Assembly (NCBI GenBank): GCA_964016885.1
Contig: OZ024743.1
Location: 333,684,001 to 333,748,000 of the forward strand
Source: Eledone cirrhosa
Taxonomy: Eukaryota
Length of the DNA: 64,000 nucleotides
Reading direction: 5' to 3'
Position numbers and translations under genes: made by a program. Position 1 is the stretch's first letter. Each line of letters opens with the position of its first letter. Under the pieces are notes generated by a model. The model made no database searches and was not told the DNA's origin. It saw only the letters and a program-made list of their open reading frames with translations. This document shows positions 1-16,373 of the stretch, one piece after another.

Positions 1-3000
1 TGTTGACCAATACTTTCATTATTGACTACTACTGTTGACCAATACTGTCATTATTGTCTACTACTGTTGACCAATACTGTCATTATTGTCTACTTCTGTT
101 GACCAATACTGTCATTATTGTCTACTACTGTTGACCAATACTTACATTATTGTCTACAACTGTTGATCAATACTGTCAATATTGTCTACTACTGTTGACC
201 AATACTGTCATTATTGTCTACTACTGTTGACCAATACTTAAATTATTGTCTACAACTGTTGATCAATAATGTCATTATTGTCTACTACTATTGATCAATA
301 CTTTCATTATTGACTACTACTGTTGACCAATACTCTCATTATTGTCTACTACTGTTGACCAATACTGTTATTATTGTCTACTTCTGTTGACCTATACTGT
401 CATTATTGTCTACTTCTGTTGACCAATAATGTCATTATTGTCTACTACTGTTGACCAATACTGTCATTATTGCCTACTACTGTTGACCTATACTGTCATT
501 ATTGTCCACTTCTGTTGACCAATACTGTCATTATTGTCTACTACTGTTGACCAATACTGTCATTATTGTCTACTACTGTTGACCAATACTGTCATTGTCT
601 ACTACTGTTGACCAATACTTACATTATTGTCTACAACTGTTGATCAATACTGTCAATATTGTCTACTACTGTTGACCAATACTTTCATTATTGTCTACTA
701 CTGTTGACCAATACTGTCATTATTGTCTACTTCTGTTGACCAATACTGTCATTATTGTCTACTTCTGTTGATCAATACTGTCATTATTGTCTACTACTGT
801 TGACCAATACTTTCATTATTGTCTACTACTGTTGACCAATATCTTCATTATTGTCTACTACTGTTGACCAATACTGTCCTTATTCTCTACTACCGTTGAC
901 CAATACTTTCATTATTGTCTACTTCTGTTGACCAATACTGTCATTATTGTCAACTACTGTTGACCAATACTGTTATTATTGTCTACTTCTGTTGACCAAT
1001 ACTGTCATTATTCTCTACTACTGTTGACCAATAATGTCATTATTCTCTACTACTGTTGACCAATACTGTCATTATTGTCTACTACTGTTGCCCAATACTT
1101 TCATTATTGTCTACTACTGTTGACCAATACTGTCATTGTCTACTACTGTTGACCAATAATGTCATTATTCTCTACTACTGTTGACCAATACTTTCATTAT
1201 TGACTACTACTGTTGACCAATACTGTCATATATGTCTACTACTGTTGACCAATACTGTCATTATTGTCTACTACTGTTGACCAATACTTACATTATTGTC
1301 TACAACTGTTGATCAATACTTTCATTGTCTACTACTGTTTACCAATACTGTCAATATTGTCTACTACTGTTGACCAATAATGTCATTATTGTCTACTACT
1401 GTTGACCAATACTGTCATTATTGTCTACTTCTGTTGATCAATACTGTCATTATTGTCTACTACTGTTGACCAATACTGTCATTATTGTCTACTACTGTTG
1501 ACCAATACTTTCATTATTGTCTACTACTGTTGACCAATAATGTCATTATTCTCTACTACTGTTGACCAATACTTTCATTATTGACTACTACTGTTGACCA
1601 ATACTGTCATTATTGTCTACTACTGTTGACCAATACTGTCATTATTGTCTACTTCTTTTGACCAATACTGTCATTATTGTCTACTACTGTTGACCAATAC
1701 TTACATTATTGTCTACAACTGTTGATCAATACTGTCAATATTGTCTACTACTGTTGACCAATACTGTCATTATTGTCTACTACTGTTGACCAATACTTTC
1801 ATTATTGTCTACTACTGTTGACCAATACTGTCATTGTCTACTACTGTTGACCAATAATGTCATTATTCTCTACTACTGTTGACCAATACTTTCATTATTG
1901 ACTACTACTGTTGACCAATACTGTCATATATGTCTACTACTGTTGACCAATACTGTCATTATTGTCTACTACTGTTGACCAATACTTACATTATTGTCTA
2001 CAACTGTTGATCAATACTTTCATTGTGTACTACTGTTGACCAATACTGTCAATATTGTCTACTACTGTTGACCAATAATGTCATTATTGTCTACTACTGT
2101 TGACCAATACTGTCATTATTGTCTACTTCTGTTGACCAATACTGTCATTATTGTCTACTACTGTTGACCAATACTGTCATTATTGTCTACTACTGTTGAC
2201 CAATACTTTCATTATTGTCTACTACTGTTGACCAATACTTTCATTATTCTCTACTACTGTTGACCAATACTTTCATTATTGACTACTACTGTTGACCAAT
2301 ACTGTCATTATTGTCTACTACTGTTGACCAATACTTAAATTATTGTCTACAACTGTTGATCAATACTGTCAATATTGTCTACTACTGTTGACCAATACTG
2401 TCATTGTCTACTACTGTTGACCAATACTGTCATTATTGTCTACTTCTGTTGACCAATACTGTTATTATTGTCTACTACTGTTGACCAATACTGTCATTAT
2501 TGTCTACTACTGTTGACCAATACTTTCATTATTACCTACTACTGTTGACCAATACTGTCATTATTGTCTACTACTGTTGACCAATACTGTCATTATTGTC
2601 TACTACTGTTGATCAATACTGTCATTATTGTCTACTTCTGTTGACCAATACTGTCATTATTGTCTACTACTGTTGACCAATACTGTCATTATTGTCTACT
2701 ACTGTTGACCAATACTTTCATTATTGTCTACTACTGTTGATCAATACTGTCATTAATCTCTACTACTGTTGACCAATACTGTCTTTATTGTCTACTTCTG
2801 TTGACCAATACTGTCCTTATTCTCTACTACTGTTGACCAATACTTTCATTATTGTCTACTTCTGTTGACCAATACTGTCATTATTGTCTACTACTGTTGA
2901 CCAATACTGTCTTTATTGTCTACTACTGTTGACCAATACTGTCATTATTGTCTACTAGTGTTGACCAATACTTTCATTATTGTCTACTACTGTTGACCAA

Positions 3001-6000
3001 TACTGTCTTTATTGTCTACTACTGTTGACCAATACTGTCATTATTGTCTACTACTGTTGACCAATACTTTCATTATTGTCTACTACTGTTGACCAATACC
3101 TTCATTATTGTCTACTAATGTTGACCAATACTGTCATTATTGTCTACTTCTGCTGACCTATACTGTCATTACTGTCTACTACTATTGACCAATACTGTCA
3201 TTATTGTCTACTTCTGTTGACCAATACTTACATTATTGTCTACAACTGTTGATCAATACTTTCATTTTCTACTACTGTTTACCAATACTGTCAATATTGT
3301 CTACTACTGTTGACCAATAATGTCATTATTGTCTACTACTGTTGACCAATACTGTCATTATTGTCTACTTCTGTTGATCAATACTGTCATTATTGTCTAC
3401 TACTGTTGACCAATACTGTCATTATTGTCTACTACTGTTGACCAATAATGTCATTATTCTCTACTACTGTTGACCAATACTTTCATTATTGACTACTACT
3501 GTTGACCAATACTGTCATTATTGTCTACTACTGTTGACCAATACTGTCATTATTGTCTACTTCTTTTGACCAATACTGTCATTATTGTCTACTACTGTTG
3601 ACCAATACTTACATTATTGTCTACAACTGTTGATCAATACTGTCAATATTGTCTACTACTGTTGACCAATACTGTCATTATTGTCTACTACTGTTGACCA
3701 ATACTTTCATTATTGTCTACTACTGTTGACCAATACTGTCATTGTCTACTACTGTTGACCAATAATGTCATTATTCTCTACTACTGTTGACCAATACTTT
3801 CATTATTGACTACTACTGTTGACCAATACTGTCATATATGTCTACTACTGTTGACCAATACTGTCATTATTGTCTACTACTGTTGACCAATACTTACATT
3901 ATTGTCTACAACTGTTGATCAATACTTTCATTGTGTACTACTGTTGACCAATACTGTCAATATTGTCTACTACTGTTGACCAATAATGTCATTATTGTCT
4001 ACTACTGTTGACCAATACTGTCATTATTGTCTACTTCTGTTGACCAATACTGTCATTATTGTCTACTACTGTTGACCAATACTGTCATTATTGTCTACTA
4101 CTGTTGACCAATACTTTCATTATTGTCTACTACTGTTGACCAATACTTTCATTATTCTCTACTACTGTTGACCAATACTGTCATTATTGTCTACTACTGT
4201 TGACCAATACTTAAATTATTGTCTACAACTGTTGATCAATACTGTCAATATTGTCTACTACTGTTGACCAATACTGTCATTATTGTCTACTAGTGTTGAC
4301 CAATACTTTCATTATTGTCTACTACTGTTGACCAATACTGTCTTTATTGTCTACTACTGTTGACCAATACTGTCATTATTGTCTACTACTGTTGACCAAT
4401 ACTTTCATTATTGACTACTACTGTTGACCAATACTGTCATTATTGTCTACTACTGTTGACCAATACTGTCATTATTGTCTACTTCTGTTGACCAATACTG
4501 TCATTATTGTCTACTACTGTTGACCAATACTTACATTATTGTCTACAACTGTTGACCAATACTGTCATTATTGTCTACTACTGCTGACCAATAATGTCAT
4601 TATTGTCAACTACTACCACCAATACTGTTATTATTGTCTACTTCTGTTGACCAATACTGTCATTATTCTCTACTACTGTTGACCAATACTGTCATTATTG
4701 TCTACTACTGTTGACCAATACTTTCATTATTGTCTCCTACTGTTGACCAATACTGTCATTGTCTACTACTGTTGACCAATAATGTCATTATTCTCTACTA
4801 CTGTTGACCAATACTTTCATTATTGACTACTACTGTTGACCAATACTGTCATATATGTCTACTACTGTTGACCAATACTGTCATTATTGTCTACTACTGT
4901 TGACCAATACTTACATTATTGTCTACAACTGTTGATCAATACTTTCATTGTCTACTACTGTTGACCAATACTGTCAATATTGTCTACTACTGTTGACCAA
5001 TAATGTCATTATTGTCTACTACTGTTGACCAATACTGTCATTATTGTCTACTTCTGTTGATCAATACTGTCATTATTGTCTACTACTGTTGACCAATACT
5101 GTCATTATTGTCTACTACTGTTGACCAATACTTTCATTATTGTCTACTACTGTTGACCAATAATGTCATTATTCTCTACTACTGTTGACCAATACTTTCA
5201 TTATTGACTACTACTGTTGACCAATACTGTCATTATTGTCTACTACTGTTGACCAATACTGTCATTATTGTCTACTTCTGTTGATCAATACTGTCATTAT
5301 TGTCTACTACTGTTGACCAATACTGTCATTATTGTCTACTACTGTTGACCAATACTTTCATTATTGTCTACTACTGTTGACCAATAATGTCATTATTCTC
5401 TACTACTGTTGACCAATACTTTCATTATTGACTACTACTGTTGACCAATACTGTCATTGTCTACTACTGTTGACCAATACTGTCATTATTGTCTACTACT
5501 GTTGACCAATACTTACATTATTGTCTACAACTGTTGATCAATACTGTCAATATTGTCTACTACTGTTGACCAATACTGTCATTGTCTACTACTGTTGACC
5601 AATACTGTCATTGTCTACTACTGTTGACCAATACTGTCATTATTGTCTACTTCTGTTGACCAATACTGTTATTATTGTCTACTACTGTTGACCAATACTG
5701 TCATTATTGTCTACTACTGTTGACCAATACTTTCATTATTGCCTACTACTGTTGACCAATACTGTCATTATTGTCATCTACTGTTGACCAATACTGTCAT
5801 TATTGTCTACTACTGTTGATCAATACTGTCATTATTGTCTACTTCTGTTGACCAATACTGTCATTATTGTCTACTACTGTTGACCAATACTGTCATTATT
5901 GTCTACTACTGTTGACCAATACTTTCATTATTGTCTACTACTGTTGATCAATACTGTCATTATTCTCTACTACTGTTGACCAATACTGTCTTTATTGTCT

Positions 6001-9000
6001 ACTTCTGTTGACCAATACTGTCCTTATTCTCTACTACTGTTGACCAATACTTTCATTATTGTCTACTTCTGTTGACCAATACTGTCATTATTGTCTACTA
6101 CTGTTGACCAATACTGTCTTTATTGTCTACTACTGTTGACCAATACTGTCATTATTGTCTACTTCTGTTGACCAATACTGTCATTATTGTCTACTACTGT
6201 TGACCAATACTGTCATTATTGTTTACTACTGTTGACCAATACTTTCATTATTGTCTACTACTGTTGACCAATACTGTCATTATTGTCTACTTCTGTTGAT
6301 CAATACTGTCATTATTCTCTACTACTGTTGACCAATAGTCATTATTGTCTACTTCTGTTGACCAATACTGTCCATATTCTCTACTACTGTTGACCAATAC
6401 TTTCATTATTGTCTACTACTGTTGACCAATACTGTCATTATTGTCTACTACTGTTGACCAATACTGTCATTATTGTCTACTTCTGTTGACCAATACTGTC
6501 ATTATTGTCTACTACTGTTGACCAATACTGTCATTATTGTCTACTTCTGTTGACCAATAATGTCATTATTGTCTACTACTATTGATCAATACTTTCATTA
6601 TTGACTACTACTGTTGACCAATACTGTCATTATTGTCTACTACTGTTGACCAATACTGTTATTATTGTCTACTTCTGTTGACCTATACTGTCATTATTGT
6701 CTACTTCTGTTGACCAATAATGTCATTATTGTCTACTACTGTTGACCAATACTGTCATTATTGCCTACTACTGTTGACCTATACTGTCATTATTGTCCAC
6801 TTCTGTTGACCAATACTGTCATTATTGTCTACTACTGTTGACCAATACTGTCATTATTGTCTACTACTGTTGACCAATACTGTCATTGTCTACTACTGTT
6901 GACCAATACTTACATTATTGTCTACAACTGTTGATCAATACTGTCAATATTGTCTACTACTGTTGACCAATACTTTCATTATTGTCTACAACTGTTGACC
7001 AATACTGTCATTATTGTCTACTTCTGTTGATCAATACTGTCATTATTGTCTACTTCTGTTGACCAATACTGTCATTATTGTCTACTACTGTTGACCAATA
7101 CTGTCATTATTGTCTACTACTGTTGACCAATACTGTCATTATTGTCTACTACTGTTGACCAATACTGTATATTATTGTCTACTAGTGTTGACCAATACTT
7201 TCATTATTGTCTACTACTGTTGACCAATACTGTCATTATTGTCTACTACTGTTGACCAATTCTGTCATTATTGTCTACTACTGTTGACCAATACTTTCAT
7301 TATTGTCCACTACTGTTGACCAATATCTTCATTATTGTCTACTACTGTTGACCAATACTGTCCTTATTCTCTACTACTGTTGACCAATACTTTCATTATT
7401 GTCTACTTCTGTTGACCAATACTGTCATTATTGTCTACTACTGCTGACCAATAATGTCATTATTGTCAACTACTGTTGACCAATACTGTTATTATTGTCT
7501 ACTTCTGTTGACCAATACTGTCATTATTCTCTACTACTGTTGACCAATAATGTCATTATTCTCTACTACTGTTGACCAATACTGTCATTATTGTCTACTA
7601 CTGTTGACCAATACTGTCATTATTGTCTACTTCTGTTGACCAATACTGTCATTATTGTCTACTACTGTTGACCAATACTGTCATTATTGTCTACTTCTGT
7701 TGACCAATAATGTCATTATTGTCTACTACTATTGATCAATACTTTCATTATTGACTACTACTGTTGACCAATACTGTCATTATTGTCTACTACTGTTGAC
7801 CAATACTGTTATTATTGTCTACTTCTGTTGACCTATACTGTCATTATTGTCTACTTCTGTTGACCAATAATGTCATTATTGTCTACTACTGTTGACCAAT
7901 ACTGTCATTATTGCCTACTACTGTTGACCTATACTGTCATTATTGTCCACTTCTGTTGACCAATACTGTCATTATTGTCTACTACTGTTGACCAATACTG
8001 TCATTATTGTCTACTACTGTTGACCAATACTGTCATTGTCTACTACTGTTGACCAATACTTACATTATTGTCTACAACTGTTGATCAATACTGTCAATAT
8101 TGTCTACTACTGTTGACCAATACTTTCATTATTGTCTACAACTGTTGACCAATACTGTCATTATTGTCTACTTCTGTTGATCAATACTGTCATTATTGTC
8201 TACTTCTGTTGACCAATACTGTCATTATTGTCTACTACTGTTGACCAATACTGTCATTATTGTCTACTACTGTTGACCAATACTGTCATTATTGTCTACT
8301 ACTGTTGACCAATACTGTATATTATTGTCTACTAGTGTTGACCAATACTTTCATTATTGTCTACTACTGTTGACCAATACTGTCATTATTGTCTACTACT
8401 GTTGACCAATTCTGTCATTATTGTCTACTACTGTTGACCAATACTTTCATTATTGTCCACTACTGTTGACCAATATCTTCATTATTGTCTACTACTGTTG
8501 ACCAATACTGTCCTTATTCTCTACTACTGTTGACCAATACTTTCATTATTGTCTACTTCTGTTGACCAATACTGTCATTATTGTCTACTACTGCTGACCA
8601 ATAATGTCATTATTGTCAACTACTGTTGACCAATACTGTTATTATTGTCTACTTCTGTTGACCAATACTGTCATTATTCTCTACTACTGTTGACCAATAA
8701 TGTCATTATTCTCTACTACTGTTGACCAATACTGTCATTATTGTCTACTACTGTTGCCCAATACTTTCATTATTGTCTACTACTGTTGACCAATACTGTC
8801 ATTGTCTACTACTGTTGACCAATAATGTCATTATTCTCTACTACTGTTGACCAATACTTTCATTATTGACTACTACTGTTGACCAATACTGTCATATATG
8901 TCTACTACTGTTGACCAATACTGTCATTATTGTCTACTACTGTTGACCAATACTTACATTATTGTCTACAACTGTTGATCAATACTTTCATTGTCTACTA

Positions 9001-12000
9001 CTGTTTACCAATACTGTCAATATTGTCTACTACTGTTGACCAATAATGTCATTATTGTCTACTACTGTTGACCAATACTGTCATTATTGTCTACTTCTGT
9101 TGATCAATACTGTCATTATTGTCTACTACTGTTGACCAATACTGTCATTATTGTCTACTACTGTTGACCAATACTTTCATTATTGTCTACTACTGTTGAC
9201 CAATAATGTCATTATTCTCTACTACTGTTGACCAATACTTTCATTATTGACTACTACTGTTGACCAATACTGTCATTATTGTCTACTACTGTTGACCAAT
9301 ACTGTCATTATTGTCTACTTCTTTTGACCAATACTGTCATTATTGTCTACTACTGTTGACCAATACTTTCATTATTGTCTACTACTGTTGACCAATACTG
9401 TCATTGTCTACTACTGTTGACCAATAATGTCATTATTCTCTACTACTGTTGACCAATACTTTCATTATTGACTACTACTGTTGACCAATACTGTCATATA
9501 TGTCTACTACTGTTGACCAATACTGTCATTATTGTCTACTACTGTTGACCAATACTTACATTATTGTCTACAACTGTTGATCAATATTTTCATTGTGTAC
9601 TACTGTTGACCAATACTGTCAATATTGTCTACTACTGTTGACCAATAATGTCATTATTGTCTACTACTGTTGACCAATACTGTCATTATTGTCTACTTCT
9701 GTTGACCAATACTGTCATTATTGTCTACTACTGTTGACCAATACTGTCATTATTGTCTACTACTGTTGACCAATACTTTCATTATTGTCTACTACTGTTG
9801 ACCAATACTTTCATTATTCTCTACTACTGTTGACCAATACTTTCATTATTGACTACTACTGTTGACCAATACTGTCATTATTGTCTACTACTGTTGACCA
9901 ATACTTAAATTATTGTCTACAACTGTTGATCAATACTGTCAATATTGTCTACTACTGTTGACCAATACTGTCATTGTCTACTACTGTTGACCAATACTGT
10001 CATTATTGTCTACTTCTGTTGACCAATACTGTTATTATTGTCTACTACTGTTGACCAATACTGTCATTATTGTCTACTACTGTTGACCAATACTTTCATT
10101 ATTGCCTACTACTGTTGACCAATACTGTCATTATTGTCTACTACTGTTGATCAATACTGTCATTATTGTCTACTTCTGTTGACCAATACTGTCATTATTG
10201 TCTACTACTGTTGACCAATACTGTCATTATTGTCTACTACTGTTGACCAATACTTTCATTATTGTCTACTACTGTTGATCAATACTGTCATTAATCTCTA
10301 CTACTGTTGACCAATACTGTCTTTATTGTCTACTTCTGTTGACCAATACTGTCCTTATTCTCTACTACTGTTGACCGATACTTTCATTATTGTCTACTTC
10401 TGTTGACCAATACTGTCATTATTGTCTACTACTGTTGACCAATACTGTCTTTATTGTCTACTGCTGTTGACCAATACTGTCATTATTGTCTACTAGTGTT
10501 GACCAATACTTTCATTATTGTCTACTACTGTTGACCAATACTGTCTTTATTGTCTACTACTGTTGACCAATACTGTCATTATTGTCTACTACTGTTGACC
10601 AATACTTTCATTATTGACTACTACTGTTGACCAATACTGTCATTATTGTCTACTACTGTTGACCAATACTGTCATTATTGTCTACTTCTGTTGACCAATA
10701 CTGTCATTATTGTCTACTACTGTTGACCAATACTTACATTATTGTCTACAACTGTTGATCAATACTGTCAATATTGTCTACTACTGTTGACCAATACTGT
10801 CATTATTGTCTACTACTGTTGACCAATACTTAAATTATTGTCTACAACTGTTGATCAATAATGTCATTATTGTCTACTACTATTGATCAATACTTTCATT
10901 ATTGACTACTACTGTTGACCAATACTCTCATTATTGTCTACTACTGTTGACCAATACTGTTATTATTGTCTACTTCTGTTGACCTATACTGTCATTATTG
11001 TCTACTTCTGTTGACCAATAATGTCATTATTGTCTACTACTGTTGACCAATACTGTCATTATTGCCTACTACTGTTGACCTATACTGTCATTATTGTCCA
11101 CTTCTGTTGACCAATACTGTCATTATTGTCTACTACTGTTGACCAATACTGTCATTATTGTCTACTACTGTTGACCAATACTGTCATTGTCTACTACTGT
11201 TGACCAATACTTACATTATTGTCTACAACTGTTGATCAATACTGTCAATATTGTCTACTACTGTTGACCAATACTTTCATTATTGTCTACTACTGTTGAC
11301 CAATACTGTCATTATTGTCTACTTCTGTTGACCAATACTGTCATTATTGTCTACTTCTGTTGATCAATACTGTCATTATTGTCTACTACTGTTGACCAAT
11401 ACTTTCATTATTGTCTACTACTGTTGACCAATATCTTCATTATTGTCTACTACTGTTGACCAATACTGTCCTTATTCTCTACTACCGTTGACCAATACTT
11501 TCATTATTGTCTACTTCTGTTGACCAATACTGTCATTATTGTCAACTACTGTTGACCAATACTGTTATTATTGTCTACTTCTGTTGACCAATACTGTCAT
11601 TATTCTCTACTACTGTTGACCAATAATGTCATTATTCTCTACTACTGTTGACCAATACTGTCATTATTGTCTACTACTGTTGCCCAATACTTTCATTATT
11701 GTCTACTACTGTTGACCAATACTGTCATTGTCTACTACTGTTGACCAATAATGTCATTATTCTCTACTACTGTTGACCAATACTTTCATTATTGACTACT
11801 ACTGTTGACCAATACTGTCATATATGTCTACTACTGTTGACCAATACTGTCATTATTGTCTACTACTGTTGACCAATACTTACATTATTGTCTACAACTG
11901 TTGATCAATACTTTCATTGTCTACTACTGTTTACCAATACTGTCAATATTGTCTACTACTGTTGACCAATAATGTCATTATTGTCTACTACTGTTGACCA

Positions 12001-15000
12001 ATACTGTCATTATTGTCTACTTCTGTTGATCAATACTGTCATTATTGTCTACTACTGTTGACCAATACTGTCATTATTGTCTACTACTGTTGACCAATAC
12101 TTTCATTATTGTCTACTACTGTTGACCAATAATGTCATTATTCTCTACTACTGTTGACCAATACTTTCATTATTGACTACTACTGTTGACCAATACTGTC
12201 ATTATTGTCTACTACTGTTGACCAATACTGTCATTATTGTCTACTTCTTTTGACCAATACTGTCATTATTGTCTACTACTGTTGACCAATACTTACATTA
12301 TTGTCTACAACTGTTGATCAATACTGTCAATATTGTCTACTACTGTTGACCAATACTGTCATTGTCTACTACTGTTGACCAATACTTTCATTATTGTCTA
12401 CTACTGTTGACCAATACTGTCATTGTCTACTACTGTTGACCAATAATGTCATTATTCTCTACTACTGTTGACCAATACTTTCATTATTGACTACTACTGT
12501 TGACCAATACTGTCATATATGTCTACTACTGTTGACCAATACTGTCATTATTGTCTACTACTGTTGACCAATACTTACATTATTGTCTACAACTGTTGAT
12601 CAATACTTTCATTGTGTACTACTGTTGACCAATACTGTCAATATTGTCTACTACTGTTGACCAATAATGTCATTATTGTCTACTACTGTTGACCAATACT
12701 GTCATTATTGTCTACTTCTGTTGACCAATACTGTCATTATTGTCTACTACTGTTGACCAATACTGTCATTATTGTCTACTACTGTTGACCAATACTTTCA
12801 TTATTGTCTACTACTGTTGACCAATACTTTCATTATTCTCTACTACTGTTGACCAATACTTTCATTATTGACTACTACTGTTGACCAATACTGTCATTAT
12901 TGTCTACTACTGTTGACCAATACTTAAATTATTGTCTACAACTGTTGATCAATACTGTCAATATTGTCTACTACTGTTGACCAATACTGTCATTGTCTAC
13001 TACTGTTGACCAATACTGTCATTATTGTCTACTTCTGTTGACCAATACTGTTATTATTGTCTACTACTGTTGACCAATACTGTCATTATTGTCTACTACT
13101 GTTGACCAATACTTTCATTATTACCTACTACTGTTGACCAATACTGTCATTATTGTCTACTACTGTTGACCAATACTGTCATTATTGTCTACTACTGTTG
13201 ATCAATACTGTCATTATTGTCTACTTCTGTTGACCAATACTGTCATTATTGTCTACTACTGTTGACCAATACTGTCATTATTGTCTACTACTGTTGACCA
13301 ATACTTTCATTATTGTCTACTACTGTTGATCAATACTGTCATTAATCTCTACTACTGTTGACCAATACTGTCTTTATTGTCTACTTCTGTTGACCAATAC
13401 TGTCCTTATTCTCTACTACTGTTGACCAATACTTTCATTATTGTCTACTTCTGTTGACCAATACTGTCATTATTGTCTACTACTGTTGACCAATACTGTC
13501 TTTATTGTCTACTACTGTTGACCAATACTGTCATTATTGTCTACTAGTGTTGACCAATACTTTCATTATTGTCTACTACTGTTGACCAATACTGTCTTTA
13601 TTGTCTACTACTGTTGACCAATACTGTCATTATTGTCTACTACTGTTGACCAATACTTTCATTATTGTCTACTACTGTTGACCAATACCTTCATTATTGT
13701 CTACTAATGTTGACCAATACTGTCATTATTGTCTACTTCTGCTGACCTATACTGTCATTACTGTCTACTACTATTGACCAATACTGTCATTATTGTCTAC
13801 TTCTGTTGACCAATACTTACATTATTGTCTACAACTGTTGATCAATACTTTCATTTTCTACTACTGTTTACCAATACTGTCAATATTGTCTACTACTGTT
13901 GACCAATAATGTCATTATTGTCTACTACTGTTGACCAATACTGTCATTATTGTCTACTTCTGTTGATCAATACTGTCATTATTGTCTACTACTGTTGACC
14001 AATACTGTCATTATTGTCTACTACTGTTGACCAATAATGTCATTATTCTCTACTACTGTTGACCAATACTTTCATTATTGACTACTACTGTTGACCAATA
14101 CTGTCATTATTGTCTACTACTGTTGACCAATACTGTCATTATTGTCTACTTCTTTTGACCAATACTGTCATTATTGTCTACTACTGTTGACCAATACTTA
14201 CATTATTGTCTACAACTGTTGATCAATACTGTCAATATTGTCTACTACTGTTGACCAATACTGTCATTATTGTCTACTACTGTTGACCAATACTTTCATT
14301 ATTGTCTACTACTGTTGACCAATACTGTCATTGTCTACTACTGTTGACCAATAATGTCATTATTCTCTACTACTGTTGACCAATACTTTCATTATTGACT
14401 ACTACTGTTGACCAATACTGTCATATATGTCTACTACTGTTGACCAATACTGTCATTATTGTCTACTACTGTTGACCAATACTTACATTATTGTCTACAA
14501 CTGTTGATCAATACTTTCATTGTGTACTACTGTTGACCAATACTGTCAATATTGTCTACTACTGTTGACCAATAATGTCATTATTGTCTACTACTGTTGA
14601 CCAATACTGTCATTATTGTCTACTTCTGTTGACCAATACTGTCATTATTGTCTACTACTGTTGACCAATACTGTCATTATTGTCTACTACTGTTGACCAA
14701 TACTTTCATTATTGTCTACTACTGTTGACCAATACTTTCATTATTCTCTACTACTGTTGACCAATACTGTCATTATTGTCTACTACTGTTGACCAATACT
14801 TAAATTATTGTCTACAACTGTTGATCAATACTGTCAATATTGTCTACTACTGTTGACCAATACTGTCATTGTCTACTACTGTTGACCAATACTGTCATTA
14901 TTGTCTACTTCTGTTGACCAATACTGTTATTATTGTCTACTACTGTTGACCAATACTGTCATTATTGTCTACTACTGTTGACCAATACTTTCATTATTGC

Positions 15001-15940
15001 CTACTACTGTTGACCAATACTGTCATTATTGTCTACTACTGTTGACCAATACTGTCATTATTGTCTACTACTGTTGATCAATACTGTCATTATTGTCTAC
15101 TTCTGTTGACCAATACTGTCATTATTGTCTACTACTGTTGACCAATACTGTCATTATTGTCTACTACTGTTGACCAATACTTTCATTATTGTCTACTACT
15201 GTTGATCAATACTGTCATTAATCTCTACTACTGTTGACCAATACTGTCTTTATTGTCTACTTCTGTTGACCAATACTGTCCTTATTCTCTACTACTGTTG
15301 ACCAATACTTTCATTATTGTCTACTTCTGTTGACCAATACTGTCATTATTGTCTACTACTGTTGACCAATACTGTCTTTATTGTCTACTACTGTTGACCA
15401 ATACTGTCATTATTGTCTACTAGTGTTGACCAATACTTTCATTATTGTCTACTACTGTTGACCAATACTGTCTTTATTGTCTACTACTGTTGACCAATAC
15501 TGTCATTATTGTCTACTACTGTTGACCAATACTTTCATTATTGTCTACTACTGTTGACCAATACCTTCATTATTGTCTACTAATGTTGACCAATACTGTC
15601 ATTATTGTCTACTTCTGCTGACCTATACTGTCATTACTGTCTACTACTATTGACCAATACTGTCATTATTGTCTACTTCTGTTGACCAATACTGTCTTTA
15701 TTGTCTACTACTGTTGACCAATACTGTCATTGTCTACTACTGTTTACCAATACTTTCATTATTGTCTACTACTGTTGACCAATACTGTCATTATTGTCTA
15801 CTACTTTTGACCAATACTGTCATTATTGTCTACTACTGTTGACCAATACTGTCATTATTGTCTACTACTGTTGACCAATACTGTCATTATTGTCTACTAC
15901 TGTTCATCAATAAATACTTTCATTATTGTCTACTTCTGTT
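1..15940. repeat. 32-bp satellite array (consensus CTGTTGACCAATACTGTCATTATTGTCTACTA), ~500 units, runs off the 5' edge of the window; intronic to DZANK1
   Basis: 32-bp period read directly; recurrent 29-bp units (3-bp deletion) and point variants; the array decays into the DZANK1 acceptor region at ~15900-15980. Confidence 0.98.
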
Positions 15941-15980
15941 CAAATGTCCCACCAATCGCTGTCCTATTGTCTCCCAACAG

Positions 15981-16105
15981 CCCAACCTGTCCAGTTATAT
16001 CCAGTGTCCTCGTTGTAAAGCGACCAACCATGTCATGTCCACTTATTGTTCCAGTTGTGCTGCTCTCATTGAACCTCCACACAGAAATAGCTGCAATGAA
16101 TTCAG
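15981..16105 (+). CDS. DZANK1: DZANK1 internal exon (zinc-ribbon CxxC..CxxC: PNLSSYIQCPRCKATNHVMSTYCSSCAALIEPPHRNSCNEF)
   Basis: ctcccaacAG acceptor at 15979-80; AG|gttagt donor; CPRC...YCSSC double zinc ribbon; ends in phase 2. Upstream exons lie outside the window. Confidence 0.85.
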
Positions 16106-16109
16106 GTTA

Positions 16110-16330
16110 GTTGTTACAATGATTTCTACTATAGGCACAGGGCCAACAATTTGACGGAGGAGTGAGTCAATTAAATTGGCACCAGTGCATTAACGGTACT
16201 TTATCTTATCGATCTCATAAGCATGAAAATCAAAGTAAACCTCGGCAGGATTTGAACTCAGAATGTAAAGGGCCATAACTTTATGCTACAAAACATTTTG
16301 TCTGATGCTCTACCGATACTGTCAATCCAC
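16110..16330 (-). mobile_element. tRNA-derived SINE family A copy
   Basis: Reverse complement matches the 54258-54450 copy (GTTCAAATCC B-box, ctttcat...gat.gataa core). Confidence 0.75.
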
Positions 16331-16373
16331 TTCCAATCTAATAATACTTCTTGACATATTATGGTGGTGAATC

